Translations under genes and position numbers: made by a program | In this document: positions 12,806 through 26,747 of the stretch, one piece after another | Layout: each line of letters opens with the position of its first letter | Position numbering within the stretch: the stretch's first letter is position 1 | Notes under the pieces: generated by a model | Told to the model about the DNA's origin: nothing | Database searches by the model: none | What the model saw: the letters and a program-made list of their open reading frames with translations, nothing else | Assembly (NCBI GenBank): GCA_963693365.1 | Contig: CAVNZM010000001.1 | Location: 2,186,907 to 2,250,906 of the forward strand | Reading direction: 5' to 3' | Source: Amoebidium appalachense | Taxonomy: Eukaryota > Protista > Ichthyosporea | DNA length: 64,000 bases

Positions 12806-13743
12806 TGTTAACATAACCTGTTAACTTCTATAAGTATTTGGGATGTAAGCAGAGACACAGTGGTGCAGTGTGAAAACACCACAGACACACACAACAACAA
12901 AACACGGAACGATCGGAGCAGTGTACACAACAGACATCAATGTTTAGACACGACTGAACTGAATTTATTCTGATCTTCGAATAAATACCTGAAATTCCTC
13001 TAAGTCCAATCCATACATGATTTCCGACCAGTCGGAAATCAGATCCATCTCTAATAGAAACCAATCACTAAGAACCAATTGCTTTCAGAGAGATCCGGTA
13101 CGCGGAGGCGTACACGATAGGACACAGACACTAGTTAGGATCAACTCGTGTCATCATCAAGGAAGTTCTAACCTATGACATACTGCAAAGACTCAGACAT
13201 ATCACACTTAACCTTGATGATTGGTTAAAGCCCGGCAACACATGAAAACTAAAGTGAATTAATGAAGTCTAAACACACATGCTATTCTAAGTGTAGCCTA
13301 AGTGTGTTACCGTCCAATGAACACGTATTAAGTAACACAAATCTACCTAACATATATTAGTAGAAAAGAAATACGATTATACACATGAAGACAAGGAGAG
13401 AAAGAAAAGAAAATAAGGAAGGAGAAAGAGGAAGGAAAAGAGAGCACAGATCAACAAACAAGATAGTAATAGCATAACTATAACCAGAGATATTTATGTA
13501 CACACGAACATGTACACGTCTCTCCCTGAGTGGGTGGATCCGTGTACACACATATAAATATTCTAATCGATATTACAATACACGATTAAAGCCGATACAA
13601 CACGATTACAAGTATACAAGCATATCGGAGATCGATGCTACACTTTACATAATAGGAGTGTGGCATTTACACTAAGCATATGAACTGAAACATAACACAA
13701 ACTGAGAAGATCTTACCATATGTAAATACTACGTATTACAACA
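12806..13743 (-). repeat. Copia 5' LTR
   Basis: Direct repeat of 6972-7909, followed on the minus strand by the PBS and gag ATG 12743. Confidence 0.97.
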
Positions 13744-14743
13744 GCTTTCCATGATACAGTCCGACGAGATCCACGTGACCAATTCCACCGATTTTTGCTG
13801 GGGTATCCTTGTTGGTGCAGCTGCTAACAAACAAACGGAATCGGCTAAGCAAGTCCAGTCATTCTACTTTTCTTCTATTCGAGGAAAATATCGGGAAACA
13901 CTCCTTCTATACCCGGTGCAGGGCCAGGACGCAAATTTCCTCAAGGAGGGGACCAAGAGTAGCATTCAACTAGCGGTGCGTGCGGGCTTTCTGTTTTCTT
14001 CCCATAATAATTGTCGCCGACGGAAATAGAACAAACAGCAGCTCTTTTTATGCCCTTGCTCGGGAGGCCGGGGTCGACACGAAAAAGGGCCTTCCAGTTC
14101 GTATGCCTCACCCCTTTTTGGACGGTTATCAAGGCTTTGTTTCTTCTTCACGATACCAACCACCTCTGCAAGACTATACGCAACAATTGGCTAGCCGCAA
14201 CCAAATTCTATTTTCCTAATTTCTTTGACGAGAACTTTCCGGGTGGTGTTGTTCCGGGGGGCTGTGCCGATTTTAACCACTTTCGCTCCATTCACTTTTC
14301 CCAGGTGGATCTCTTGGTCAAATTAGCCCAAAACTCACAGCCAAGGTATGCTTTCCCAGCCCATACGAGCGACAGCGCACCAATCTCGCTCTTGCTATTT
14401 TAGACGACAGCACTATTTCTGCACTCGAAGTTCTTTCCAAAACAAACCCAGCTTTCAAGGGCACACTCTCGTTTGTCCGGATACTAACCCGATGGTGGAA
14501 GATTGTGAACGTGAAAACGAAGGATAAGGGGAAGCACAAACGTGATCGATGGCAAGATCCTATTTGGAGCTCCACCGGCCGCCAGATGCAGTTCTTGCGC
14601 AATTTCTAAGTGTGTATGGAGAGTTGGAAAACACACACCGGTGGAAAGTGGACGAAGGGTGGGTGTCTTACGGAGCAGACATACACAGCGCTGGTGCACA
14701 CTACTTGAGCTCAGGTACGGTTTTTCAGTCCCCCCCCCCCCCT

Positions 14744-14774
<31 letters not shown>

Positions 14775-17700
14775 TTATACAGTAGTCCTCATGCATACTG
14801 TTTTGCAATGGCCTGCTGCAGTGTTGATCATGGTTCGAGCTCTCTCTCTCCAGCTCTCTCTCTCTCTCTCTCTCTCTCTCCCCCCCCCCCCCCCTCTCTC
14901 TCTCCCCCCCCCCCCTATCCCTCCCCCCCCTCTCTCTCACACAGACACGCGCTCTCTCCCCCCCCCCCCCCCCCCCCACACACACACAAACACCCTCCCT
15001 TCTCGCTCCCCCCCCCCCCCCCCCCCCCCCCCCTTCCCCCTCCCTCCCCTTCCCGTTTTATGCTGGGCCATTGTGTGATCGGTGGGCACCCGTGCACTAC
15101 ACCTTTGTGCTTCGATAAGCACGTTGGTTATGCACTCTGGGCCACCTTTTTTTTTGGGAAACTATCCTTAACACTCGGGTTTTAATTGTTTGCAGATAGC
15201 CCTTGTGGAGTATCTAAAGGACGACCTCAACTGGGTCTACGTTCTTGTGGGCAAGATTATGACCGACCACCAGTTGGAGGGTCGCTTTGGACACTACAGG
15301 GAAATGAACGGAGGCAATTACCACATTTCCACCCGCCAGATAACCTCTTCCCTCCACCCTTGTTCTCCCCCTCCCCCCCCCCCCCTTTCCTCCTCCCCCC
15401 ACTCCTTTTTTTCTGAGACAATTTTTCAGAGTCCCTCCCCCTCCCCCTCGTTCCCAACCAACACCACCAACACCACCACCATCCACCCCCCCACCCCCCA
15501 CCCCCCCCCCCCCCCCCTTTTCCCCCTACTCTCCCCCCCCCCCCCCCCCCCCCCTTCTTTTTTTTTCGGATCCTAGAAGGCTTACCCCCACCTTCCTTCT
15601 TTAAACACCAATTGCCAAAAGAAGTAATCCTCCCCCCCCCCCCCCCTCCCTTTTCCACCTCCATTTCCCAGATCCCCTCCTTACCGACACAAGGATTGCA
15701 TTAACTTGCAAACACCCAAATCAGCCGGCTGCAGCTGGCAACTATTTATGGTCTGTGCGGTGCTCTTCATCTGCACAGTTGTGAATCAGGATAATGCCAA
15801 GCTAACGGAAGGTGTGATATTGAACAGGTGCTTGAGTCTGAGCGGCGCATCCGGCTCATCAACCTCTTCACGTTCCGCCGGGGCACGGGCAAGGCCGTGG
15901 GCATTAGCACTCTCAAGCAGGCCGTCAAGTTCAACGAGACTGCCCTGCTGGCCAAGCCTGCCATGGAACTGGACGTTCTGCTGCAGCTCTTCAAGAGCAT
16001 TGGCGCTCTGTTGGCTGCCATCACCGTCCCCAACAAGAGCGTGGTCGTCTTTCTCGCCGGCTACGCCTGCTTCAAGACGGGGCGGGGCTGCAGCTGCAAG
16101 CAGTCACGGTGCCGTGGGCGCTTGTTCAGCAGCCGCCGCCTGGTGGTGGAGATCCCAGCCAGCGCCAGAGCCCAGCTTGGGCCGGATGTCATCGACACGT
16201 CATACCTGGAGGCCATCGACCGTGGGGGGCTTTCTACTCCCTCCTACGCGGCCTATGTGGTCGCGGAGACCACTGTGCGCGTGATGGAGTGCCTCACCAG
16301 CAAGGAGCTGGAGGGCAAGTTTCTGCACGCCGGCTCCCACCGCCTACTGGTTCACACGCTCGCGGTTCAGCACGCCAAGAGCCGGCCGGTGACAGAGACA
16401 ATTCGAGGCATTACTTGTGAGGAGTGCAGGGAGGACACGGCGCAGTACCTCGACGGCATCGCCATGAGAATGACCAACATTTTGCTCAACAACTACACCA
16501 AGGAACGCAACGCGAAAAAGAAAGCACCAACCAACAAGCCAAACCGGGAAACCAAGAAATACGAGGGTCACGGTGCATCAACCGGTTTATTGGCGGCGCA
16601 CGACGCGGACGACGGCCCCAGCGCCAGCGACGACGTGGAGGCTGTGCTCGAGGAGGAGGACTTCGACGTTTTCTCGTTTTTGAACGACGACGCACTGGGT
16701 TGCGTTGTGTGAGACTTAGGCAGTTATAGGCAGTGATGATTGCGTCTGGTAGTTTAGCGTAATGTTTGCACAAGTTTTGCACTAAAATTAGTCTGATGTA
16801 GGAGACCCCGGAGAGGCACGTAAGATTTCAGTTTTTGATTACCCTACTCTTTATACGTAATCTAGCGTATTAGTCTATTGCGTGCCTCGGCCCGGTGTGC
16901 TATTTAGGAGGCCTTGCCCCATGCCCAAGACGCTGACCCGAACTGTGGCCGGTGACTCGGATTGGTCTCCCACTTGAACGTTGGGCCGGGATGCCCAAGC
17001 GGGGCGCCGTCGACGTCAGAGGGCCGGTGCTGTTCATGACGTCATGTCTTGCGGCCGGATGATAACAAATTGGTGGTTCTGCTTGACGTGGTCTGGGGTG
17101 ATGACTTGTACTACGGGACGGCCAGACCGGTGGACCGTTGTTGAGGCAGAACAAAAATCGGAAGTAACCAGGATCGATCCTGCGACTTTGAGCTTGACAC
17201 GCAGAGATCTTACCATTGCACCAACCCGCCCCCCAGCCTCTATTATCTGCCAGATGCTTTTGTTGTGGATCCCGGGAAGTCACAGCCTTTGCTCCCCTCC
17301 TCCCCCCCCCCCCCCTCCCCCCCCTCCCCCCATGTTATATTAATATTCCTCCTCCCTAATCCTAATTTTTTTCAAAAAATCTAGACGCTAGAATCTTATA
17401 GATGAATTATCATAATTGTGAACCACCCCTGAAGTGGCAGGGGGGGGGGGGGGGGAGGGGGGAGGGAGATGACTCCACGTTGAACAGCTAGCGGCAGTGG
17501 TTTACTGTACGTACTGTGAAATTCAATCGGATACACAGCTTCACATCTTTTCCGCTTAACCTGCTCATACCAGCGGCGGCAAATTCTCCCTAAATAGTAG
17601 TCAAGGCTTCAGAAACTGTTCAGAAACAGATACAAAAGTCACCCGTTGAAATTGGATTATGAAGTTCCCCAAACCAACATAGAAACGTATGTACAACGTA

Positions 17701-18859
17701 CTATGTCGGTCGAAATCTGATCTTGCCTGATTGGTTGACAGCGACCAATGAGAATCTCCAGAAGCATAATAAAATTTTTGAGCGAGATACAGCACCACAC
17801 ATTATTAAAGCCATACACACACACACACAGGAGGGGCAGCCACCCAATCGATGTCCCAAACGCAGACCGTGTAAAAACCAAACCCTGGATAAAGCCATCG
17901 GCACGTGTGGACATAACCAAACAAGAGGTGAGACTGAAACAGGCGCAACCCCGGGCCCCCATTGTCCTTGCGTACCTATTGCCAGGAAAGCCGGATTTAA
18001 AAACCGGGGGGGGGGGGGGGGGGGGGGGAGGGGAGGGGGGGGGGGGGGGGAGGGGGGGAGGGGGCTGGGTTGGGGTGGGGGGGGGGGGGGGGGGGAGGGG
18101 AGGGAGGGAGAGGGGGGAGAGGGGGGAGGGGGTTTCCACATATTAGTATTCTGCTAAAGGAAGTCAGGGCAGGAAATTACACTGTTTTCGGAAAGTACCA
18201 TTAAAGCCTGGGACTTAGTTCCACCTGAGTTGGAGGTTTGGGAAGTAAATAAAAAGAAAAGCCCCCCCTTACCCCCCCCCCCCCCCTCCCCCCTCCCCTT
18301 CTCCCCCACCGCCCGAAGCTGGGGGTTTTTTCTGGGAAAACGTTGGAACTTGCAATAACGCAAAAAGTTATCTCAACACCGCATTTATCACATGACCAGT
18401 CACGGACAGGGCATATGGAAAATGCAGGTTAGGTTATCCGCTCAATATCAAATTATGTCTGCTTTCTGGACTTGTTGCCTTTTGTATTGCATTCAATCTA
18501 CAAATTTATAGAGATATATAGTTCAACAGATGGCATTAATATTGCCAACGGTGAGGCTCGAAAGGAGCAGCCAACATAGTAAATTGCCCTCAAACATAAG
18601 GCACTCAAAGTTTGTTGGGAATACTATGACAGGATATTTTATATTATAGTATTATAAACGCAAGATTATGATATTGCCAATGAATCATACGGGGGGTCCG
18701 GGGGGCAAGGCCCCCCAGCTCCGGATAGGTATACATACATCGGCCGGATAGTAAAAGGAAGTAATACCTCCGGGCAAAAATAGGCGGCGATCCACCAGGT
18801 GCCAAAATACAGTAATCCTAAAATGTAATTTCTAATATCCCTGACGGACTCCGTACGGA

Positions 18860-19436
18860 ATAAACTTGCTCCAAAAAAGACTGAATAGAACGACTTTTTG
18901 TTAGTTTATATTTTTGCAGAGAAATTCTGCTTTTACGACAGTATCTTTGCTTTAACGCTTAGCAGCTGCAGAATAATTCCTCTTTTGCTGAGTCTTTTTT
19001 TTTTGTGCAGTTACAGCTTTAATCAAATGGTCTGATTCTGCGTAATAACTCTGCTATTGCTGTATTATCTTGCTTCTAGCAGATAACTTGTGCATTTTGC
19101 AGAAGAATGCTGCTTTTAGCAGAAAAGTGCCGCTTTTAGCAGAATAATTTTGCTTTTGCGGAATGATTCAAGTTTTAGCAGAAAAGTGCCGCTTTTAGCA
19201 GAATAATTTTGCTTTTGCAGAATGATTCAAGTTTTGCGGAATAACTATGCTTTTGTTGGGTAGCAGGAATATTCTGCTTTTAGCAGAAGATATTGCTTTA
19301 AGCGGAAAAAGGCTGCTTTTAGCAGTATGATTCCGCTTTTTTGAGAACAATTCGGGTTTTCCGCAGTATAAGATCGGCTCTTTGTAGGCTGGTTCTGCTC
19401 CAAGCACTTTGATTCAGTGCCGATGGTATTGGTCTC
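18860..19436. mobile_element. Degenerate member of the AGCAGAAT-repeat MITE family
   Basis: Dense TTTTAGCAGAATAATTCTGC-type repeats, a ~56-bp tandem duplication and decayed TIR-like ends resembling 32882-33296. Confidence 0.55.
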
Positions 19437-19599
19437 CCCCCCCCCCCCCCCCCCCCCTCCCCCCCCCCCCCCCCTCCCACCCACCCGCCCACCCACCCAC
19501 CCACCCACCCACCCACCCACCCAACCTTCCTCCGACCGTCCCTCTCATTCTCCGTCCTCCCACTCCCTGTCTTCTATCTAGCGCATGCCGCGAAAGCAC

Positions 19600-21700
<2,101 letters not shown>

Positions 21701-21732
21701 GCCCGTACGCGTGTATGCGTGTTCCCCCCTTC

Positions 21733-21764
<32 letters not shown>

Positions 21765-22414
21765 ACCTTCATTCCACCTTCATGTGGTATTTTAGAATAT
21801 CCTATGTATAGACGAGGAATATATAGCTGCCAAACTGTTGGAAAGCCGCGGAATTCAAAGGGTCCAAACGGATATGATCGATGCCACAATCGATCCATGC
21901 ATGGCCACCAAGCCCAGGCCCGTTGTTTCACAGTTGCGCGATCCCGAGGCCGGCCGGCCCAGCTCCCGACCATGCGCACAAAAATGATGTTGATGCGAGA
22001 TGTTGATGTTGAAGCGTGCACGTGATGATACTGTTAGATAAAACGCTCACCCAATATTCAAAAATTAAGCAAAAATGACCTTGGTTGCTCTATATTTTGC
22101 TCCCAAAATTTGGGAGTGCAGCCAACAAACAAGGAATGGGAGCTGTTGTTTGACGCTGAGAATCATTGTCATACTAGCCGGGGGCGGCGGCCCGCGGCCG
22201 GCCGCCAAGATCTGCAGAGACCATGCAGTAAAGCGCTGATTGGCTAACCAAAAACCTCCTAGACTAGTTGAAAGCCCCGGCCTGGGCGATTTAGCAATAG
22301 GGGTTTACACACTTTTTATTGCGTGGACACTGCCGGAGTATATTGTCCCCCTGAAATTTATTTTTTTATAATGACTTCATTGATATGCTCAGCAAAGTAG
22401 AAGCCATCGAGATA

Positions 22415-25400
22415 TCACCGATATCTCGGAGAAGAAAATACAAAAGCCCTCACTCTCGGATACGGAGGAGATAATACATAATCATACACCCTAGAAAACT
22501 CGTTAAACATACCGTGGTTCAACAGATAGTCAATAGACGTAATATCAGGATCATCTAAATAAGCCAGTCTTCTAATTTCTAGCGGAATATTCTGAGATAA
22601 ATAAATACATCTATCTAAGTGTTTACGAGAAAAAGGTTCTGCACAAAAGTGGCACAAACATTTATGGAAACAAAGGTTACAGCGCCAAAATAAACATTTC
22701 CAAGCTATATCACAAGGAGGGGTTAGAATTGCAAAATCGGTACGTGTGGTAGGTTTACGAGAGGAAGGATAAATATAAGTAGCTAATTTACACAACGATT
22801 GTAAAGAAAATAGACGAGTATCTAATATAAAAAGAAGCACAGGCTCAAGTGCCCTACCATGATACTCTATATCACAACGATGAAGCAAAGGATATTGAGT
22901 ATGAAACCAAGTAACATACTGCTGATAACTAGTAGAAGAGAAAAATAAAGGAGATAAGTATTTAAAAGGATATCTCGGAATGGGAGAGAGATTGGGGATA
23001 GGACATTTCGCACGAACATTAGAAATGCCGGGAACAGGTGCTAAAGATGGAAAGAATTGCAACAAAGGATGATAAGAAGGAAGCCTAACCAAATGAAAAC
23101 AAAAGCGAAGTCCTAATTCATTCATACGCTGGCGCGCCGGAGGGAGACCAAAAACACTCAGCAAGGGAGCCGCCAAAGGATGCCTACGCGAGGTTCGAGA
23201 AATAAACTGGATGAATTCACGCTGAAAGGAATCGAATTCCCGAAAAGCCGCGCGCTGTTGCCGTGGAGGGGCACACAAGAGTAACGGGAGGCCATATTCG
23301 AAACATGGACGAAGAAAAACTTTATAAAGAGTGAGCAAATTGTCAGGATGAATATTAGAGATATTTGCGAATATTCCTTGATAGATATGTAAGCGACCAC
23401 GCGCACGAGAAATGCGCGAAGTCAAAAGGCGCTCAAACCAGATACCCTTAGAGGTGAAAGGAATACCTAAATAGTCATAGGAGGACACGATTGGGATAGG
23501 TTGATTGTTCAGAGTGTACTGTGCATTGAAAGAAAAGGTGCCGCATTTATCTATCCCAATTTTCATGAAATTTCGGAAACACCAGTCATCTACTCGAGAA
23601 AGCATGTTATTCATGATAGAAGGATCGTGAGTGACTAAGACAATATCATCAGCGAAAAAAAGGCTGGAGACACAAGAGTCGCCGGCAACTGGAAATTGTT
23701 GAATTTCTACCGCTAAGTCGTTAATAAAGACATCAAAGAGAAGGGGACTCAAAAGTGAGCCCTGTAAAAGGCCTGGAGTACGATTGAATCCGTTACTCAG
23801 TACCCCATTCACAACGGCAGCCCCATGTGTGTGGTCAAATAACGCCTGAAGTAGCCGACCAAAGGGAAGAGGTAGCCCTCGAGAGGCCAACTTGTGCCAC
23901 AGCAAATTCGTTGGAACCGTGTCATAGGCATTCTTAACCGGGTTAAGGTCGATAAAGCATACCTCGCGACATCCAGAACGAATAGTGTCGTGTAATAGAA
24001 GAGCATGAGTATAGCACGAATAAGCATGCCGAAATCCGCCCTGAATGTTGCTCAACTGGAAGACACTCGATAAGGTTTCATATTTGTGGAAGGTACGCAA
24101 TATGCAGGACTCATATAGGCGACGGAATATGTTAGTTAAGGTGACTGGCCGGAAGGAAGAAATCGGACCAGTAGAGATCTTCTTGCGGACGGGATTTATG
24201 ATGGTGTCATTCCACGACGAAGGAATGAATCCCAACTCATAGAAGGCAGAGAAAAACTCGCTCACCCAATACGCAAAGGGGGGTGGAGGCGGCGTATTCC
24301 CGCCTTTGGTAATAACGGGCGGAGGGCACAATGCCTTAAGAAGCGCGGGTGGAAGGGCATCCGGACCACAAGCCTTCTTGGGTTTTAGGGCAGAAATAGC
24401 ACGTGGAACGTGTGCAGCATTAAAATAGCTCAAATATTCGCCTGGAAAGGAAGAATCAATCGGCCAGGAAGGTGGTGTGGAGAGTAAAGAATACGAAGGG
24501 TGCGTGGAAGGAGCAGAACTAAGGTGGAATAATTCGGAATAATAGTCATCTGTGGAAGTGAGTGTGTCGGGTTTATCAGGGCTACATGTAATAGTGATGG
24601 AAGGGCCAAATCGTCCTAGACTCTTGAGGGTGGAAATACAAGAATCGTGGGAAAGTGTTTGACCTAAGTGGCCTAAAGTGAGAGATGGTCGTAACCTAAC
24701 ATACGGATATGCGACACTACCGACCACACTATTACCTAATTCAAATAGAAAATCAACAAGAAGAGAATAACATACCTCGAGGAGATACGGGTCCCTCCGC
24801 TGTCGAGCATCCTGCACGGCTTGCAGGAGAGTGAGGTGAATCTCCTTATAGGCATTTTGAATACTAAGCCGATTGAGTTCATCCTTAAATTTGCGACTAA
24901 TAAGGCGTTTAGTTACACGAACAATGTGTGGCGAAACAGGAGTGGAAATCTGAATAATAATAGGCTTGTGGTCGGATGCAGTAGAAAGCGCAGCGTCGGA
25001 AAGCGGGGAAAAACGAACGGTTGAAGCCCAAATAGAAGCACACCAGTCCGTACGATGAGTAGCCTCAATCTGTGGAGGGCGAAGGTAGCACGCATTAAAG
25101 AACTGCTGAATGGTACGAGCACGGCTATTGTAAGGACGGAAACCGGCGAGTGGAGTCGTAGAATGAGCCTGGGAAATCGGTGCAATAGAGCAATTGAAGT
25201 CACCGATGATTGCATGTGAACGGGGAAGTGACCTTAAGATATGATCGACCTCCGCATCTGAGAGTGAAGGTGGAAGGTAAACAAACGTGAATACCCGATG
25301 CTGATAAACAATGGAAACATGGAACTCCCGGGAATTGACCAATCGGCAATCAAATGCTACAGCCGGATTGGCTAATATGGCTATACCTCGGCATCGATGA

Positions 25401-25579
25401 TTGGGTGAATAAACTGACGTGCCAATCAGACAATTGGATTGCTCAAGCTGATGGTGGTTGTAAAACCATGTTTCAACTAACCCAACAAAGGTGTAAGAGT
25501 GTGTCTGATGAAGAATATGGTGTAACTGTTTATGTTGTAATCCCCGAACATTCCAAAAATAGACCGATATGGGCTTCAC
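22415..25579 (-). CDS. LINE ORF2: AP endonuclease + reverse transcriptase + C-terminal CCHC-like motif
   Basis: WNVRGL, VETW, GDFN, SDH (APE); KACGPD, FRPVTL, QGGFR, GLLQGSLLSP, FADD, YLG (RT); CHFC..FSRKHLDRC. Open for 1054 aa. Confidence 0.93.
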   Translation of the reverse strand: MKPISVYFWNVRGLQHKQLHHILHQTHSYTFVGLVETWFYNHHQLEQSNCLIGTSVYSPNHRCRGIAILANPAVAFDCRLVNSREFHVSIVYQHRVFTFVYLPPSLSDAEVDHILRSLPRSHAIIGDFNCSIAPISQAHSTTPLAGFRPYNSRARTIQQFFNACYLRPPQIEATHRTDWCASIWASTVRFSPLSDAALSTASDHKPIIIQISTPVSPHIVRVTKRLISRKFKDELNRLSIQNAYKEIHLTLLQAVQDARQRRDPYLLEVCYSLLVDFLFELGNSVVGSVAYPYVRLRPSLTLGHLGQTLSHDSCISTLKSLGRFGPSITITCSPDKPDTLTSTDDYYSELFHLSSAPSTHPSYSLLSTPPSWPIDSSFPGEYLSYFNAAHVPRAISALKPKKACGPDALPPALLKALCPPPVITKGGNTPPPPPFAYWVSEFFSAFYELGFIPSSWNDTIINPVRKKISTGPISSFRPVTLTNIFRRLYESCILRTFHKYETLSSVFQLSNIQGGFRHAYSCYTHALLLHDTIRSGCREVCFIDLNPVKNAYDTVPTNLLWHKLASRGLPLPFGRLLQALFDHTHGAAVVNGVLSNGFNRTPGLLQGSLLSPLLFDVFINDLAVEIQQFPVAGDSCVSSLFFADDIVLVTHDPSIMNNMLSRVDDWCFRNFMKIGIDKCGTFSFNAQYTLNNQPIPIVSSYDYLGIPFTSKGIWFERLLTSRISRARGRLHIYQGIFANISNIHPDNLLTLYKVFLRPCFEYGLPLLLCAPPRQQRAAFREFDSFQREFIQFISRTSRRHPLAAPLLSVFGLPPARQRMNELGLRFCFHLVRLPSYHPLLQFFPSLAPVPGISNVRAKCPIPNLSPIPRYPFKYLSPLFFSSTSYQQYVTWFHTQYPLLHRCDIEYHGRALEPVLLFILDTRLFSLQSLCKLATYIYPSSRKPTTRTDFAILTPPCDIAWKCLFWRCNLCFHKCLCHFCAEPFSRKHLDRCIYLSQNIPLEIRRLAYLDDPDITSIDYLLNHGMFNEFSRVYDYVLSPPYPRVRAFVFSSPRYR

Positions 25580-26747
25580 TGAGATTCAGCCGGAAGTTTG
25601 TCCAACCAACGTTTGTAGAAGTCAAGAACCCCACCAGAACGCGCAGCATGATCCGGTTGGCCCCCCTTCGAATTCTCTGCTTCAGCACAAGCATGCTGGA
25701 AATATTCAATCTGTTTGCACAGACGCCGACGCAACATAGTAGTTGGCTTGGTCTTGGCGTCCAACAGTTCCTTCTTCTTGATGTTCCCTTCTGCATCGGG
25801 TTGGAAGTCCTTGGGGCGGCACCTCAAGGGTGCAACGGCGGAGGTGATCAGTGAGGGCCGCGGCATACCCGGGATCCACCAATAGCTCAAGAATCTGGCC
25901 ACCAATGAACGAGTAGGAATGGACAAGACTCGTGCGCACTCGGAGGGCCCAGAAGTCCGCCTTGATTTCGCGGATGTAACAACGCGGTGAGGTCAGAGGA
26001 GGATTGGCCAGAGGCCGTGCCCGTGGTAGGCTGGACTGGCTGCTTGGGCGGACGAGCCATGAGTCGTTGAGCCGCATTCACAAAATCATCAACAAGGTGC
26101 ACGTTTTGACCGATACTGCGAATGGAGCGAGCCACAGAGCGAAGCTCATCGGGGCCTTGAGCAACAGCCGCGGCATAAGAACGCCGCTGGGGTTCACGCA
26201 CCGGCTGAGAAGCGAGTGCATGAGTGGTACCACCGGTCCGGGCAGTAGTATCGCCAACAGCGTCACGGGGAGCAGGGAAAACAGGGGGAATCTGAACAGA
26301 AGCAGGCTCAACACGGACGGGTTCGGATGCTGCTTGAGAAATAGGCCGAGACGAGTCAGGTTGCCGAGGAGTAGACAGCATTGCTTTGATCAAGACGAGA
26401 AATCTGCTTGGATAGACGCGAGACCGTCGCAGTGAGAGCCTTGTTTGCTTCAGTGAGAGACTGGAGTTGCTCGTGAAGACGTCGGGTTTCCTCACGCAAA
26501 TCATCTTCAGTAGCAGAGGAAATGCGGGGTTCTTGGAGTGGGGCTCTCCAGCCGCGGACTCATCATCTGAAGAGGCTGGGTAGCCGTGCTTCTGAGTACC
26601 ACGAGCTGCAGCGGAATCTTGAGAGTCCACCTGCATGGGGGTGGAGTTCACAATAGGATCTTTGGGATCTTCCACGGTCAGAGGGGAGTACCGGTTGGTG
26701 GCCTCAGCCCCGGCTCCCCGAGAGCGACTGCGGGGTGTCTTGCTCAT
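25576..26747 (-). pseudogene. LINE ORF1 (gag-like), broken by frameshifts
   Basis: Disordered N-terminus with the RSYAAAV motif, then SFIGGQILELLV and a C-terminal part in successive frames; stop overlaps the ORF2 start. Confidence 0.7.

Larger units (their letters stand above)
6972..13743 (-). mobile_element. Ty1/Copia LTR retrotransposon, full length, recent
   Basis: 938-bp TG...CA LTRs at 6972-7909 and 12806-13743 that look identical by eye; 5-bp TSD GCTTT (6967-6971, 13744-13748); purine tract next to the 3' LTR (7910-7920); gag-PR-IN-RT-RH order. Confidence 0.97.
5775..16712 (+). pseudogene. THAP-domain P-element transposase (THAP9-like), disrupted
   Basis: MPRSCAVYGC...FP...W...CIKHF THAP domain at 5775; YRALSRSGFLVLP..RTL; SDEIHV (D1) resumes right after the Copia TSD; IVADG (D2); HDTNHLCKTIRNNWL; TDHQLEGRFGHYREMNGG (E); FLAGY and RGGLSTPS C-terminal motifs. 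Introns 14715-15195 and 15340-15827. In-frame stops, frameshifts and the Copia insertion disrupt it. Confidence 0.9.
5154..16916 (+). mobile_element. P-superfamily DNA transposon, complete ends, interrupted by a Copia element
   Basis: 36-bp TIRs CAAGGCCTC(G/C)TAAATAGCACACCGGGCCGAGGCACG at 5154-5189 and 16881-16916 (1 mismatch); 8-bp TSD CCCCATGC at 5146-5153 and 16917-16924; encodes a THAP/P transposase. Confidence 0.95.
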
